From contig OZ024746.1 in the NCBI GenBank assembly GCA_964016885.1, forward strand, positions 67,456,001-67,520,000: a stretch of DNA of 64,000 bases, in the 5' to 3' direction. This stretch comes from Eledone cirrhosa (lineage: Eukaryota). Made by a program: the position numbers and the translations under genes. Below are positions 38,512 to 52,400 of the stretch, in pieces. How positions within the stretch are numbered: the stretch's first letter is position 1; every line of letters starts with the position of its first letter. The notes under the pieces were generated by a model, which was given only the letters and a program-made list of their open reading frames with translations, did not search any database and was not told where the DNA came from.

Positions 38512-38870
38512 TATTTGGGGAGGGACATATTGTTATAATATTGCCAGAAATAATAATATAACACACTTACTGTTTGGTTGGGGTTGGTTTTCGCTTCTGA
38601 GTCTTTTATATCTCCATAGTTAATTTAGCTGGCAATCAATGTTTATTACTGATGATGTCACAGATGTGTGACGAAACAACTTTGATAGACTATATATATA
38701 TATTTATATCTGAATTCTTAACCGTTGGTCAATCAATGATAAAGATTGATTGCCAGATAAATTAAGTATGGAAATAAATTAAGACAAGCGAAAACCAACC
38801 CAAACCAAACAGTAAGTGTGTTCTATTATTATTTCTGGCAATATTATAACAATTAAACCCTCCTCAAATA
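38512..38870. repeat. Inverted repeat with ~140-bp imperfect arms; single-arm relatives at 60612-60725 and 22788-22825
   Basis: 38512-38655 pairs with 38729-38870. Confidence 0.85.
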
Positions 38871-39046
38871 AAACAATATTTGTTTCAACACACGATTTCA
38901 TATCAAAAACCTTGCTAAACAAATATATATATATATATGAGAGGGAGAGAGAGAGAATTAATAGGGGAATTACTTATACGAAATATGAAGTTCATTTACA
39001 CATGTGTAAATTATACCAATTCAATTGTTGTGTTGTATATATGTAA

Positions 39047-39135
<89 letters not shown>

Positions 39136-41804
39136 TAAACGGAATAGAAAATGCTGACAAATTGTTCACAGTTGAAAAATGGTTTAATTAGGAATAAAAG
39201 AGTATTAGTGATTGTATGGGTTAGTATTCAGTTGTGGTTTTAAGTTTTTAAGTTTTTACCAGTTGCGCATTTCTAAGTGCTTTTCAAAAATAATTTTGAG
39301 ATAGAGTGTCCGTGCTATTTGCTATGTCGTGTATATATAAAAATAACTTATAAAACCCTTAAAATGCCGTACTGATATTTAATAGTTGTTGGTTTTCTCG
39401 CATTATCGATGATATTTCTACGGTGTCAGCTATTATACATGAAATTTGAAGTAGAATATTGAACAGCAGTGTTGAGTACTATTGCTCTATTTACCAGACT
39501 AAGTAATTCATGACACGTAGCGTGTGCTACATTTGAAAATTAACTATTCAGGAATTTTTCGTTTCTTATCATTTTCTAGGGGATAATTTGTTCTTAACAT
39601 TTGGAATTGCCAATGAATTATCTTGAGGCCATTCATTAGACATTAATAATCATTCACCAGACAACATAAATAATTACTCCGAGAGGAATGCTCTCACTCC
39701 ATTTAGAGGATGTAGTTGAAGCTGCATTCCTCATTAACACTGATTAAATAGATTACACATGACGATCAGTGTTGATATTCAAGTCAAACACTGGCCAGCG
39801 TTTTTTGAAATGGTGAACGCTATCAAAATTTTAGTTGCTCTTCTACCTGTAATTTATGAGTTTGTTTCTCTTTATGTAGTTCTCATGTTTATTTGAAATT
39901 TTGGAACGGTTTGAAAGTATCGGATGGGTGTTCGACAAAATGCCTTGCAGTATTTAATTAAGTAATTTCATAAACTGTGTTTAAATCTGACATTGAGGGT
40001 TGACTGGAGTTGATAGAAGGGTACCATTGAAATTATGGGGGCAATATAATCGGCTGTACGCCAATTCCAAAATATGAAACTCAAGGTTCACCTCGGTGAT
40101 ATTTGAAATGAGAAGGGACAAATACAGGAGAACAGTCCTCCAACGTTCCAGTGATTGTTATTTGGACATTACAAGGTGTACCAGATAATAAAGTAAAAAG
40201 GAATCTTGTTTTATTAACAGGGAATCGATAAATGTACCTGTTTTATTAATGGGGAATCTATAAAAGAAATGAAACAGATGAGTCGATTTACGCCGATATT
40301 TCACCCACACTTAATATTTCTTTTGCTTAATGTGGGAGTCCACTGCAAGTCATCGGAATAGATTTTCGTAAAGAGCCAATACATTCATTCTATCTGTTCC
40401 CGCTTTATGCCTTTTCAAGTTCAAAGCCCACCGCTGGTCATCAGAATAACGGTGACATGATATGATTTGAACCCGTATCATTATAACACCTTAGAAACTT
40501 CCTATGAGTTGCAACCGCATAGAAAGGCCAGAAAAACAGCAACAGCAGCAAACAACCACAACAGCAACAATAAGAACCATTTTGTGCGGAGTGAAATATT
40601 TCAAGATCTAATGAACACATACACAGACATACACAAAGATAAGGAACCGAAACCAAATTTTCACTCAAATCATAGCCAAAATTATTCCTTTTTCTTTTGT
40701 TATATTAATAATTATTTCTTTCTTTTACCCGCATACAACTATATCATTTCCTCCCACTACAGCAAACGAAATAACTATGCCATTTAACCCGGCCGTTTCT
40801 ATAAAACAACAACGCCGCCATCACTACCATCACCGACAAGAACAACAATAATAATAAAATTTAAAGCGATAATAACAATAAAAGCGATACGAAAAACAAA
40901 TTATTCATACTGTATTATCTTTATTCGCAATCAGTACTATCATCATTAACCAGCAGACTATCATTAAGGTCGTCATTAAGACAATTACTGTTATCATATA
41001 TTATTATCGTCATCGTCATCCATTATAATATCTACTACCATCAGAGAATTCCACTTTCACCAACATCCTGGAGGCATGAACATAACAACACCATCGTATT
41101 TTACTCATTACCTATATATTTCAAGTTTCCTGTTGATGTCAAAAGGGAAATAAAGAGAAACACGGCATCATTATCATTATTATTATCATCGACATTACTA
41201 TTATCATCAACATCCTGATCATAAAAATTATCATGATGATGATAATAACTATCATCACGATGATGATGATAACTATCCTTGACATCGTTGCCACTATCAT
41301 CACTATTGTCATCATCACCATCAAGCGACTAGTTCTTATTATCATTATCCTCAACGCCATCGCTATGTATCACAACCACCATCGGCGTAAACTATGTAAT
41401 CGTGATGATTACTATCAGAGTGATCAACATTGAAAATACTACTATTAGTACAACAATTACCATCACCATCATCACCATTGTCTTTAACAAAGTAAATAAA
41501 GTAGGTGAAAGAAATGTTTGCAGCATCCATCAACCACTTTCTATTAGGAATTAGATTTGTTGTTGTTTAACTCTACCCTCTGTACAGCCCTTCAGTCCTG
41601 ATTCAGCAGGTTTAGACATGATCAATGCCCTTTTTAATCGCCCTCTATTAATTTTATAAATTGCCAATTAATCACATTTCCATGAATATTTCTTGATGGT
41701 AAACTAGTTACTCTATGGCTAGCAAGAAATGCCGAAGGCTATAGTTTGGTTCCTGACCGCTATGTCCCAGAAATTTGAGTTGCTTCCCTTGCACGCTCTC
41801 CTGT

Positions 41805-42005
41805 AATAATTGTTTCTACTTTTAGCCCAAGGTCAGCAATTTGAAGGGCTGAAGAAAGTTGATTAAATCGCCCCCTGTGCGTTACTTGTACTTTATTTAA
41901 TCAATCCCGTAAGGATGAAAAGCAAAGCTAACATCGGCAGGATTTGACTCAGAAAGTCAAAGCATGTAGTCCAAGGCTCTTCCGATACTTCCAATTCACT
42001 GCCCT
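41805..42005 (-). mobile_element. Diverged SINE family A
   Basis: CCCGTAAGGATGAAAAGCAAAG core on the + strand. Confidence 0.8.
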
Positions 42006-43889
42006 TCGCACAACATAATTATGTTAGCCTAACCGTAATAGTTTTCTTAACTGCAGCTGTTGTAGATATTTCTGATGTTGAAATAATTGGAAATAATGAA
42101 ACGTACCATTTTTTTTTTTAATCAATCCATAATTTATCTACAACTACATTATCAAACGTGTCATTTATTCTTTTAAAATAATGTATTCTTTTAGATTAAA
42201 TTAGTTATTATTTATATTAGATTCAGTGTCTGCATAGAGAGAGACCCCCTTGTTGTTTGTAGAGTATTTGAACAAGGCAAAGTCCATTTACTCAGCAAGG
42301 TATTATTACAAAATGTGTGGATTCTTGGTATAAAAACAGCTATTGATTTTTAGAAATTAACGGTGAAATAAGAGGAAATTGAACTGCCTCGAAGAAACAC
42401 ACAAAGGTCACCGAGATTACCTTAATTTCTCAATACAAAAACTTAAATCGATATTCACTTCCATGGACTATCTTTTGTGGAAACAATTTCACCAACAAGA
42501 TTAAGAGCAGGAAAGGAAACTTTTAAAATGTCACCATTTAAATATTGAAGTGGCATATTTTAACAAAGGCCATGAGTAAAACAATTTCCAAATTAACATA
42601 CCAAAAATATTTTTTCTCCATTTTCCTCTTTCTTTAACTACCCCCCTCCAGTTCTTTCAATAACCAACTATTAATGAAATTTTATCGTAAATATATTCAA
42701 TACTCAATTATCAACTATTACTCATTTATTTACCTTACACCCACGACCTCTTTCTCAATTTCCATTTCGTTAATCTATAGTTCAACCATTTTATACTTAA
42801 GTTTCTACTTTCATATTCATCCATATCTTACATTCCATTACCTATATAATTTATTCATTATCTCGATAGTAACTTCATTTATCTCTTTATACTCATCGAA
42901 ATTGGTTTATTATGCAGAATATATGCATACACATAACAGTTACCAAAGTTTGTCCGCCTCTTCATAATTATAACGGTGATCTTTATGAAAATTATCTTTT
43001 GCGCTGAAGATGATAACGAAAGCGAAGTACAATCAGTGTGGAAGTATTTCGAACGACATATCTTTCTACAGCTCGTCTCTTTAATCAAATTACAGTCTAG
43101 AGTCAAGCACAGACCAAAGTCAGGCGCCTGACACATTGAAAATTGCTAGGCGCTCACGAAACTTTACAAGTTTGACAAAGCTTTAGGCAGCCATAAAACA
43201 ACGTTTTCTTTCCTTAGAAGGTTAGTGGAATGTATGAGCCTCAATGGTCTGGAAATATATCTTGGATCAGTAGCAAATAGCAATGCAGTCCAAACGGAAT
43301 ATGTTCAGACTACTGAATATATATTCTCCGTAACAATTGAAACTGATGAAATGCCAAGAATCGATTTGAACCAGTGATCCAGCCGGAAGCTGAGCAATTC
43401 ATTATCCATTCGCTTCCGTTAATTTTCTATGCGAATACATATTTCGCTTAGAATTATCGAGAACATATTGGTTAAAGAATGAAATGTGTTACAAAACATC
43501 AGATAAAAAGAAGTTAAGTACATGCTTTATTTATCATTTATAGATAACTTGGTTTCTGGATATATCTGTATGTAGTAAAATATACGCAATAATCTTAAAT
43601 ATATCCTCCTGCAAATCCAATAAACCTAATTTGATATACGATTACTATTATTGTGCACAATTCACAAAGGTTACACTAACAATAAATACCAAATAACTAT
43701 AGATTGCATACGTACCGTAATCTTCACTACATCATAGCTAAATCTGATGAAACCTAACTATATTAAATGTGTGATACATTGGATATCAAACCCGCATATC
43801 CCTAGTGAGTTATGCTTGAAAAATATCACTTCAAGAGCAAGACTGATTACGTATCGTTGTTAACTAATGTACTGTATAATATACCATAA

Positions 43890-43943
<54 letters not shown>

Positions 43944-45289
43944 TTATGTGTGATTGTGCGAAAGTGTGTATACTTTGGCCAAACCTGATAAACCTAACCA
44001 TATTTTGATACATTGTATATCAAAGCCACATAATTTCTTTATCGAGTTTCGCTCTAAAATTATATAACATCAAGGTTGTGCTGAATATGTCTTGTTAAGA
44101 AGGAACTGGTTGTATTATATATTATTGCCCCACACACCGATATATACATACATATGTATGAGCATATGTATAGTCGTTTTTATGTGCGTGAATGCATATG
44201 TATATATAAATTGGTGTATCGCGTCAAGAACACAAAATTCCATATGCTTAATGGTGTTATTGTCTATTATTTATATACTTCAGATATGTTTTTCTTTTTT
44301 ACCTTTATATTTATTCAGACAGAATATTGAGTTTCAACGGTATGTTATATCAAACGCTTAGAGTATATTCAATTCATGTTTTATTAGTATTTTGTGTACT
44401 AAATTATGTGAACAATTGAAAGCTTGATATATCAGTTTATAAGTGTAGCATGTGTTGTTTCGAATTGCAAGGAGTTTTGTTATATCATTTTTATTCGATG
44501 TTATTTGCCTCTATTGAGTTTATTTTCATCTGGAATGAGAAAGATTTCACTAAATAATGTTCACGCGAACAATGTTTGAGTTTATGATACCATTAGCGGT
44601 AGGTGCATTTAGAAGTATTAATTTTAGTGTTGTTTAATTCCCATCCCTGACAGTGAAGTCAGGATTTTAGCATATATCATGAAACAACCGGAATTTTTTG
44701 CTGATATTATTGTTGTTGTTTAGCACCATTTCAATGCTGAGCTTCATTAGATTAAAGCATTTCAGACGGATTTAAAAAGGATTCGGTTGCAGTTTTGCTG
44801 TTATAAATAATGTTAATATCCCCTGTGTACATAAAAAAGCACAAGAGATTTAATCAAACGTAAAATAGATTAAAAATATCAAATAGCCTTACAATTATAA
44901 AAAGATATAATGTATTACATATGAAGATTTAAAAAAATGCTGTCCTAGAAAAGAGTGTCACCCGTACACAGCTTCAAGAAGCAGAATATCAGAACTCGTA
45001 TCCAGAGATGGACAAGAAAACCCTTTTCTATTAGAGAACTTCCACTTGTAAACAGGGAAACGTCTTCAGGCTGAATAGCGGACAGTCGTATATAGGAGTT
45101 TTTATGCACAGCAATCAAGAAAACAAATAAACAAACACACTCACAGTTAAATACATACACCCCCCGCCTCGCACACACATATATATAAATGCATACCTAT
45201 ACATACATATACATACATATACATACATACATACATACATACATACATACATACATACATACATACATACATACATACATACATGATGG

Positions 45290-45800
45290 CTGAAAACTCT
45301 GCCAAGAGTATTGCAATCGCTTGTCAGATTCAGATGTGTGACGCTCGGATATTGCTTTACAAGCCTGCTAGAGACTTGCACTCCTCACACTAACGACAAC
45401 TATGGATCTCCCTGGCTTGAGGTCCTGCACCAGGTTGCCCGTAAACCCTCACAGCACCGTGGAGAGCATAGTTCACTGGTTCTCTTTGAACATGGCTGCG
45501 ATTGTAGTTCCTGTAGCCAGATTTGGTCAAGCAAATTTTTCCACACTCAGGGCACTTCAATTCAATGGAGACACCGATCGTTTCGAGAGATACACCAGGG
45601 CACTGCTTACGCACATCCCGTTTGATCTTTGATCTTCTCGTGCTCTATCCGTCTGTCCTCAAAATTATGGACCCCATCATTCACTATTCCACGCCAAGTT
45701 TCTCTTTCAAGAGCTTCTATCTCCCAGTCAGCCATCATCAAACCAGTTTTATTTCAATGAGTCATTTACACAAACGTGGTACCTGTTTCAGTCCTCATTG
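45290..45800 (-). pseudogene. Decayed RTE 3' portion with C2H2 remnants
   Basis: LKCPECGKICLTKSGYRNYNRSH, with upstream sequence resembling the RTE C-terminus. Confidence 0.65.
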
Positions 45801-45979
45801 ATATTTACGTGAATTGGATACATAGTATTAAAAGTTTGAATTGAAAACAAAAACGTCCGTTTGCGAAACACATGTTACACGTGACTACGAATGAAATATT
45901 TTAAACTGAAACTACCATCTCTCTTTCTTCTCACACACATATATATATATATATATCATATATATATATCATATATATA

Positions 45980-46012
<33 letters not shown>

Positions 46013-46018
46013 CATATA

Positions 46019-46089
46019 TGTGCGCTACAAGATCGCAATCATCTGCATATGTATATTATTATTGTTGTTGTCGTTATTATTATTATTGC

Positions 46090-46126
<37 letters not shown>

Positions 46127-46188
46127 GTTATTAATGTATGTGTGTGTGTGTATATGTGTGTGTGTATGTATGTGTGTATGTATATATG

Positions 46189-46270
<82 letters not shown>

Positions 46271-46364
46271 TAGATATATATATAGATATTTTTTTTTTTA
46301 TTATTATTATTTTTTTTTTTTTCTCGTGCAATGGTCATACTCGATAACGAGGGGGCAGCCATCA
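46019..46364 (+). mobile_element. 5'-truncated copy of the RTE 3' UTR preceded by an inverted 31-nt RT fragment
   Basis: 46019-46049 is identical to 33539-33569. 46047-46364 matches the reverse complement of 31914-32298, with microsatellite length changes. Confidence 0.9.
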
Positions 46365-46435
46365 TATATCATATATATATATGTGTATATATATATATAT
46401 CATATATATGTGTGTATATATATATATCATATATA

Positions 46436-46478
<43 letters not shown>

Positions 46479-47015
46479 GATAACTGTAACAAGCAGAGAC
46501 CTGATCTAATGAAACTGTTTCCCCCCACAAGACACTTGTCTGGTGAGGAGGGTAAGTGGAAACCCATTAGGACAAAAATACGAGCTGTCAAATGAACTCC
46601 ACAGATTCAAACCAACTTTGTGTTAAATATCCTCACCAACCTGCAATAGGCCAAGTGTAGTTGGTATTGATGCACCCTTTCGAGAGGTTATACTCCATGA
46701 CAAAAACACATGCGATCCTCGTAACTGTCCTATTGTCACTGCGGGGATGGCGTGGCAACGTGTGCAGAGTTAAACCTGTTAGAAGCACATAGTCACAAAT
46801 CTACACGTGGGCAGCTTGAGTCTCATCCTAGTGTCGTTGCACTTCTACACTGAACAGCAACAGGATTCGATGGAGCCTTGAGCCTCTGATCAGTCCTTTT
46901 ATGGGACTCACTGCTCACCCATACCACATGGGACGAGTCTAAAAAAGTTGACCTAAACAAAGCCTATTCAGTCATCAAACTGATCAACAGCCTTTAGTTG
47001 GCGGTGATTCATAAT

Positions 47016-47137
47016 TGTTTCTACTTTAGGCACAAGGCCAGCAATTACCCAGTGCATTACTGGTACTTTATTTTATCGACCCCGTAAGGATGAAAGGCAA
47101 AGTCAACCTCGGCGGGATTTGAACTCAGATCGTAGAG
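47016..47137 (-). mobile_element. 5'-truncated SINE family A with 16-bp TSD, inserted in a probable RTE-type 5' region (46500-47190)
   Basis: GGCGGTGATTCATAAT at 47000-47015 and 47138-47153. Confidence 0.9.
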
Positions 47138-47185
47138 GGCGGTGATTCATAATAGCAGGGAATTCGTTGACGTGATGTCCGTCTT

Positions 47186-47286
<101 letters not shown>

Positions 47287-47382
47287 AAAAGGTAAACAGA
47301 AATAACAACACATGTGGTACAGATATATATATATATAATATAAAACGAAAAATCAGTGATGCATCTGAAATCAATTTATTGT

Positions 47383-47471
47383 GTGTTACAATTGTTTCGC
47401 CGGCGGACAGTTCGAGGCACGATCATTGTATGGATCTTGTCTGACTCTGGACTTGCGGGCTCGTCGGACAC
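47383..47471 (-). ncRNA. Type I hammerhead with CCGACGA core and enlarged stem II, inside a fold-back element (47335-47553)
   Basis: On the - strand: GTGT-CCGACGA-GCC...GGC-GAAA-CAATTG-TA^ACAC, then AATAAA. Homologous to 19085-19167. Confidence 0.7.
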
Positions 47472-47627
47472 GTCAAATGCTTTCGGAGCAAATTCTTTCA
47501 CCGGCGAAACAATTGATTTCAGGTGCATCACTGATTTTACGTTTTATATTATACCATACTCTGCTCTGTAAGAGCATAGAGTGCTCAACCGGCATACCAC
47601 CCATGGAAGCATCGTAGCTACCATCAG

Positions 47628-47703
<76 letters not shown>

Positions 47704-47794
47704 ATGCATAGCGTTGAGGTAAAGTCTTAACAGTGAACTCGGCTATCTCAACTTGATTTTCACTGCCCTGCTGCTCGCGCCATTGACACTCCAA

Positions 47795-47895
<101 letters not shown>

Positions 47896-49262
47896 GCATA
47901 CATACATACATTCATATATACACTTATACATATATTCATACATGTATGTACATATGTATAGAATTTTTTCTTTATATAGTTATATCTCTGTTAGAGGATA
48001 TTATGGCCTGGCTTACTCCAATCAAAATAATATTACTCAAAGTCTAATAAAATGAATAGCTTCTTTCAACAGTTGGAATAACTTCGCTGTTCATTTTCAG
48101 TTCCTCAATCGTTTTACTCTTCAATAGACAATATTAATTTTCTTTTCTATTCGTCGCCTTACGAAACAAATCCTTATTTGCAGCCAAGCTACCTTCAATA
48201 ACGAAAGAGCGAACATTTCTAAAGAAAATGCAATTAGTCTGTTTGAAATAGATCATTCTTTTTTATCTAATTTCCCACCTGTTGTTGTTGCTTTTGTTAA
48301 CATTATTAATATATTTTTTAATGCATATTATGAACATTATTTTTGTTTCGTTGGTGTTTATTTTACTATCATCATCATCATTGTAATTCTAGACATTATT
48401 GTTATAGTATTTTTCTTTATCGATTACCTTCTCAATAACCAATCGATGACATTTTATCGTTTTGCTTCATTTAACATTGAAGTTTTTCTCTTTGAAAGTA
48501 TTAGATTAATATTGTAATAAACCATTCTATTCAGTTTGTATTTGAAAATCTAAAAGTTTTGGGATTTTATGTTTGTTGTGTCTTCTTACTGAGAAAAATA
48601 CAACAAAACATTTCATAAATTCTACATAGAAATGCGTTGTTATAAGAATTTGCTCTATTCTGATAATAATTTTTGCAAAATCCTCTTTTATTTAATTTAT
48701 TTAGTTATTATTGTCTAAAATAATATTTTGGAAGTCACTATTATATTGATGTATGTCCATTTACTTCAGTATGTCCTTCAAAGACTTATACTAAATTCTA
48801 CTGACTGGCTAAGAAAGAAAAATGATGTTTCCAGCTTTCCCGGTAATGAATATTTTATCATGAACAAAGAAAGCTGACATAAGTCTAGTTAATGAATTTT
48901 ATTTCTATTATATTATATATACGTGTGAATTTGTGTGTATGTGTGTGTGTGTGTGTGTATGAATGCACACTCACATGTTAATCTGTTTAACGATCATAAT
49001 GCTGTGGGTTCGATTCCTGGACGAAGTGGTGTGCAGTCTTTTTGGACGAAACTCTTCATTTCATGTTACTTCAGTACTCACAGTTTATAATTAGTACCAG
49101 TTGCAGCTAGACGTTAACCCTGCGGTAGAATGGTGTCATATCGAAGAAGGAAATCATCTCCTAACCGTTATTCACGCCGACAAAAAAAAATCAATAAGAA
49201 TGAAACTAGAGAGTATCACACACCAGATGGCTTGATATAAACTTTAAATTAAACTTAATTTA

Positions 49263-49296
<34 letters not shown>

Positions 49297-50229
49297 TTGT
49301 CTTTAATGCGTTCGAAACATTAGTGATCCACAAAAGACTGCCGATGGGCAGGAATTGTCCTTGGGTTTGTGTTTTCTATATATGGGAGGGTGCTCTCTGA
49401 TTTAGAGCATATCAAGAGAATATCTACAACTACAGACTCCAGCTCAATTTTGCGGAGGCTTCTCGGCTATCTGCCACCGACAATGATTAGAAAATAAAAT
49501 ACATTTCACCCTACTGTAACATACAAAATACAAAAAGAGGGAGACATTGCATAACCTAGTTTATATGCACTACACGAAAATCACCAGAAGCAGTGAAGTC
49601 AACTGAAAGGGTTTGTTCTTTGTTCGTTATAATCGTTATTAATTTTACATTCAAACTATATTATACTCGTTTTCCTTCTAATTCTGTTAAAAGATTTTAG
49701 TTTTTGTGTGATGAGGATTATCGATTAAAATCACGTTTAGTATTCTTATGAAAAATCTTCATCCTGTAGGCGTTATATTCAAAGATGCTATCAGCAAGAT
49801 TTAAACTGTGCAACTTGCGTTGACACCAAATTTATTGTATTCCAAAATATTACGTATTAATGTTCAGCTGGATGGTAAAATCTATCTTTTATGGACACCT
49901 TCTAATTGTTTCTGGTTCAAATGCAATGAAGATAAAGTAAATTGTTATTGTTCTGCAAACATCTTAAATCGATAAAAATGTTTGATATAAGATTGACACC
50001 AGTAATGTGCTTCAGAACTGCATCAAAATTTAGACAGCCTTACTTTATGTTTTGCAGTATTTAGTTATGATGTTTTCATGCTGAGTTTCAATTGCCAGGA
50101 ACTCAACGTCAACTATTGGTTTTATAGTTCAGTGAAATTTCTACAAATCAAGTATTAGGAAGAGACGATCTATCATGTAGATTATTTTGGTAAACGTGAT
50201 CATCAATACACTGTAATTCTGCCTTGAAA

Positions 50230-50800
50230 ATAGTCTAGCGCTTCATCACAGTTATTTCAGCCAATGGAGACGTATACTCCAACGTATAGCACCCGAGACA
50301 TTCTAAACACACATGTTTAACAGCCTTTTGTTATAAATATGTTGTATTTTCTGACTTGATGCCTTGGAAAGACATATAAGACTTAGAATATCCCAGCCAA
50401 AGTTCATCCACTTCATAAATAGTATATCCCTGGAGAATGCTCTACAATTTTAAATGAGAAGTGTGCCCATAACACTTCTTAACAGCACCCAATGAACTGA
50501 CATGGGTTATTACCATCAGCATCTTCCATAATGTAGGTAAAATAACAAGAAACCTTCTTCACTACTGTACAGGTTTTACTTGATAACTATGAGACCATAA
50601 GTCTCTATGCCCTTCACGGATAACAGTGATAATTGTTTATAAGCCTGCTTCGCATTTCACCAACTGTGGGTATTATTTAACTGAAAAGTTCACGATATTG
50701 AAGCAGTTAGCGATATCCTAGAGGTAATGTACAGCACCCGATATCGGAGGTGATTTCTCTTGGATAACTTCCAGATGTCTGAGAACTCCAGGCCAACCAG
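50230..50800 (-). pseudogene. Highly decayed CR1/L2-like RT
   Basis: Only patchy motifs (e.g. LEYTSPL). Confidence 0.35.
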
Positions 50801-51757
50801 AAATTCGATTAATGTTTATCGAGAGTTCTACTTAACATGAAATTGAATTTTTTGTTGGATTTATCAGATACTCAAATTTATTATTACTAGAATTCCCATT
50901 TCAGTAAAATTATTTGTAATGTTTACTCCGATTATTAAAGATCTTTTGAATCAGAATTCCCTATATTTCGGCGCCTTCCGTTAAGTTCCTTGTTATTTTC
51001 TATACTCCACTTTAAATAAGCATGATACCTCAGCTAAAAGATAATGACGGTGCGACACCAGTTATCTTACTGTTTCGAGGGTTAGAGACACAAGATTCTG
51101 TCATACGAATATATATATATGTAATATATGTATATGAATACTTTAATGTGCTTCACATGAGATCATTTTCTCTTGTCGTCTCATTTTAGTCATCAATATA
51201 TTAGTTCATAATACTGCTCGAAACCTGAATTCATTTTATGATTTGGCTATATTCAAGAGATATTTCTATTATTATTGCTTATATAAATATAACATATCTG
51301 TGTGTGCGTGTGCACGCAAACAGAAATTTTTATTTTGTATTTTGCTACATACAATAGTGAACTACGCATATCTACATATGTTTACAAACACCTAATCACC
51401 AGAGTTATGGATACTATCTCCTTCAGCTTTCACATTTGAACTAGCCTCATCAAAATATTACTATTAAATCCATCTGAATAAGATATAAATAGCATTAAAT
51501 ATTGTTGATCGTATCAGATTTCTGAAATTGGACAACGTGTAACATTATACCAGACAATCTGCTGACTAGACGAACAAAAGAACCGACACTCATCAAACTA
51601 GATTTACTATGTCTAGTATTTATGGCGATGAAAAAGTAAGCAATGTCACTTGCAACATGCATAACCTTACGATTAGTTCAGGTGAGCAAATATGACGGAT
51701 TAAAACGCAATGAATATTACGCACGTACAGGTATACATTATATATTATATTATATTT

Positions 51758-52157
51758 GGATTGGCAGTATCGGTAGAGGGTTTGACGCCATGCTTTGCAG
51801 CAAAGAGTTACGGCCCTTTATGGTCTGAGTTCAAATTACACCGAGATTAACTTTAATCGTTACGGGGTCGATAAAATAAAGTACCAGTAATACACTGGTA
51901 TAAATGCTGGCCTTGTGCCAAAAGTAGAAACAATTATATTATATTATTTTGTAAAGCATTATATCTTCTTATATTATGCCATACTCGAGGTTGACTTTGC
52001 CTTTCATCCTTGCGGAGTCGATAAAATAAAGTACCAGTAATGCACTGGGTAATTGCTGGCCTTGTGCCTAAAGTAGAAACAATTATAATATATAACAATA
52101 CTTTTTACAGTTTCTAACGATTCTACTAAATCAATGTGGGTGTGTGTGCGTGTGTAT

Positions 52158-52199
<42 letters not shown>

Positions 52200-52400
52200 T
52201 GCTTCAAATTGATTTCTAATTCAGGGACAAGGCCAACAAATTTTGGGGAAGGGAAAACCCAATAATAGATTTCTACTTTATTCATCAGCCCAAGAATTAA
52301 GACCAAATTGGACCTAGGTGGAATTTGAACTCAGATGATTTGAACTATAACAATGGCATTTTATCCGATATTCTACCATTTCTGGCAATCCACTACACTC
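51758..52400. mobile_element. Cluster of SINE family A copies (51758-51936 +, 51985-52086 +, 52205-52400 - diverged)
   Basis: Family core and tail motifs present. Confidence 0.85.

Noticed and set aside
44945-45075. Possible host terminal exon after CTAG
   Set aside because: Short open frames, no recognisable protein, a weak pyrimidine tract and no partner exons.
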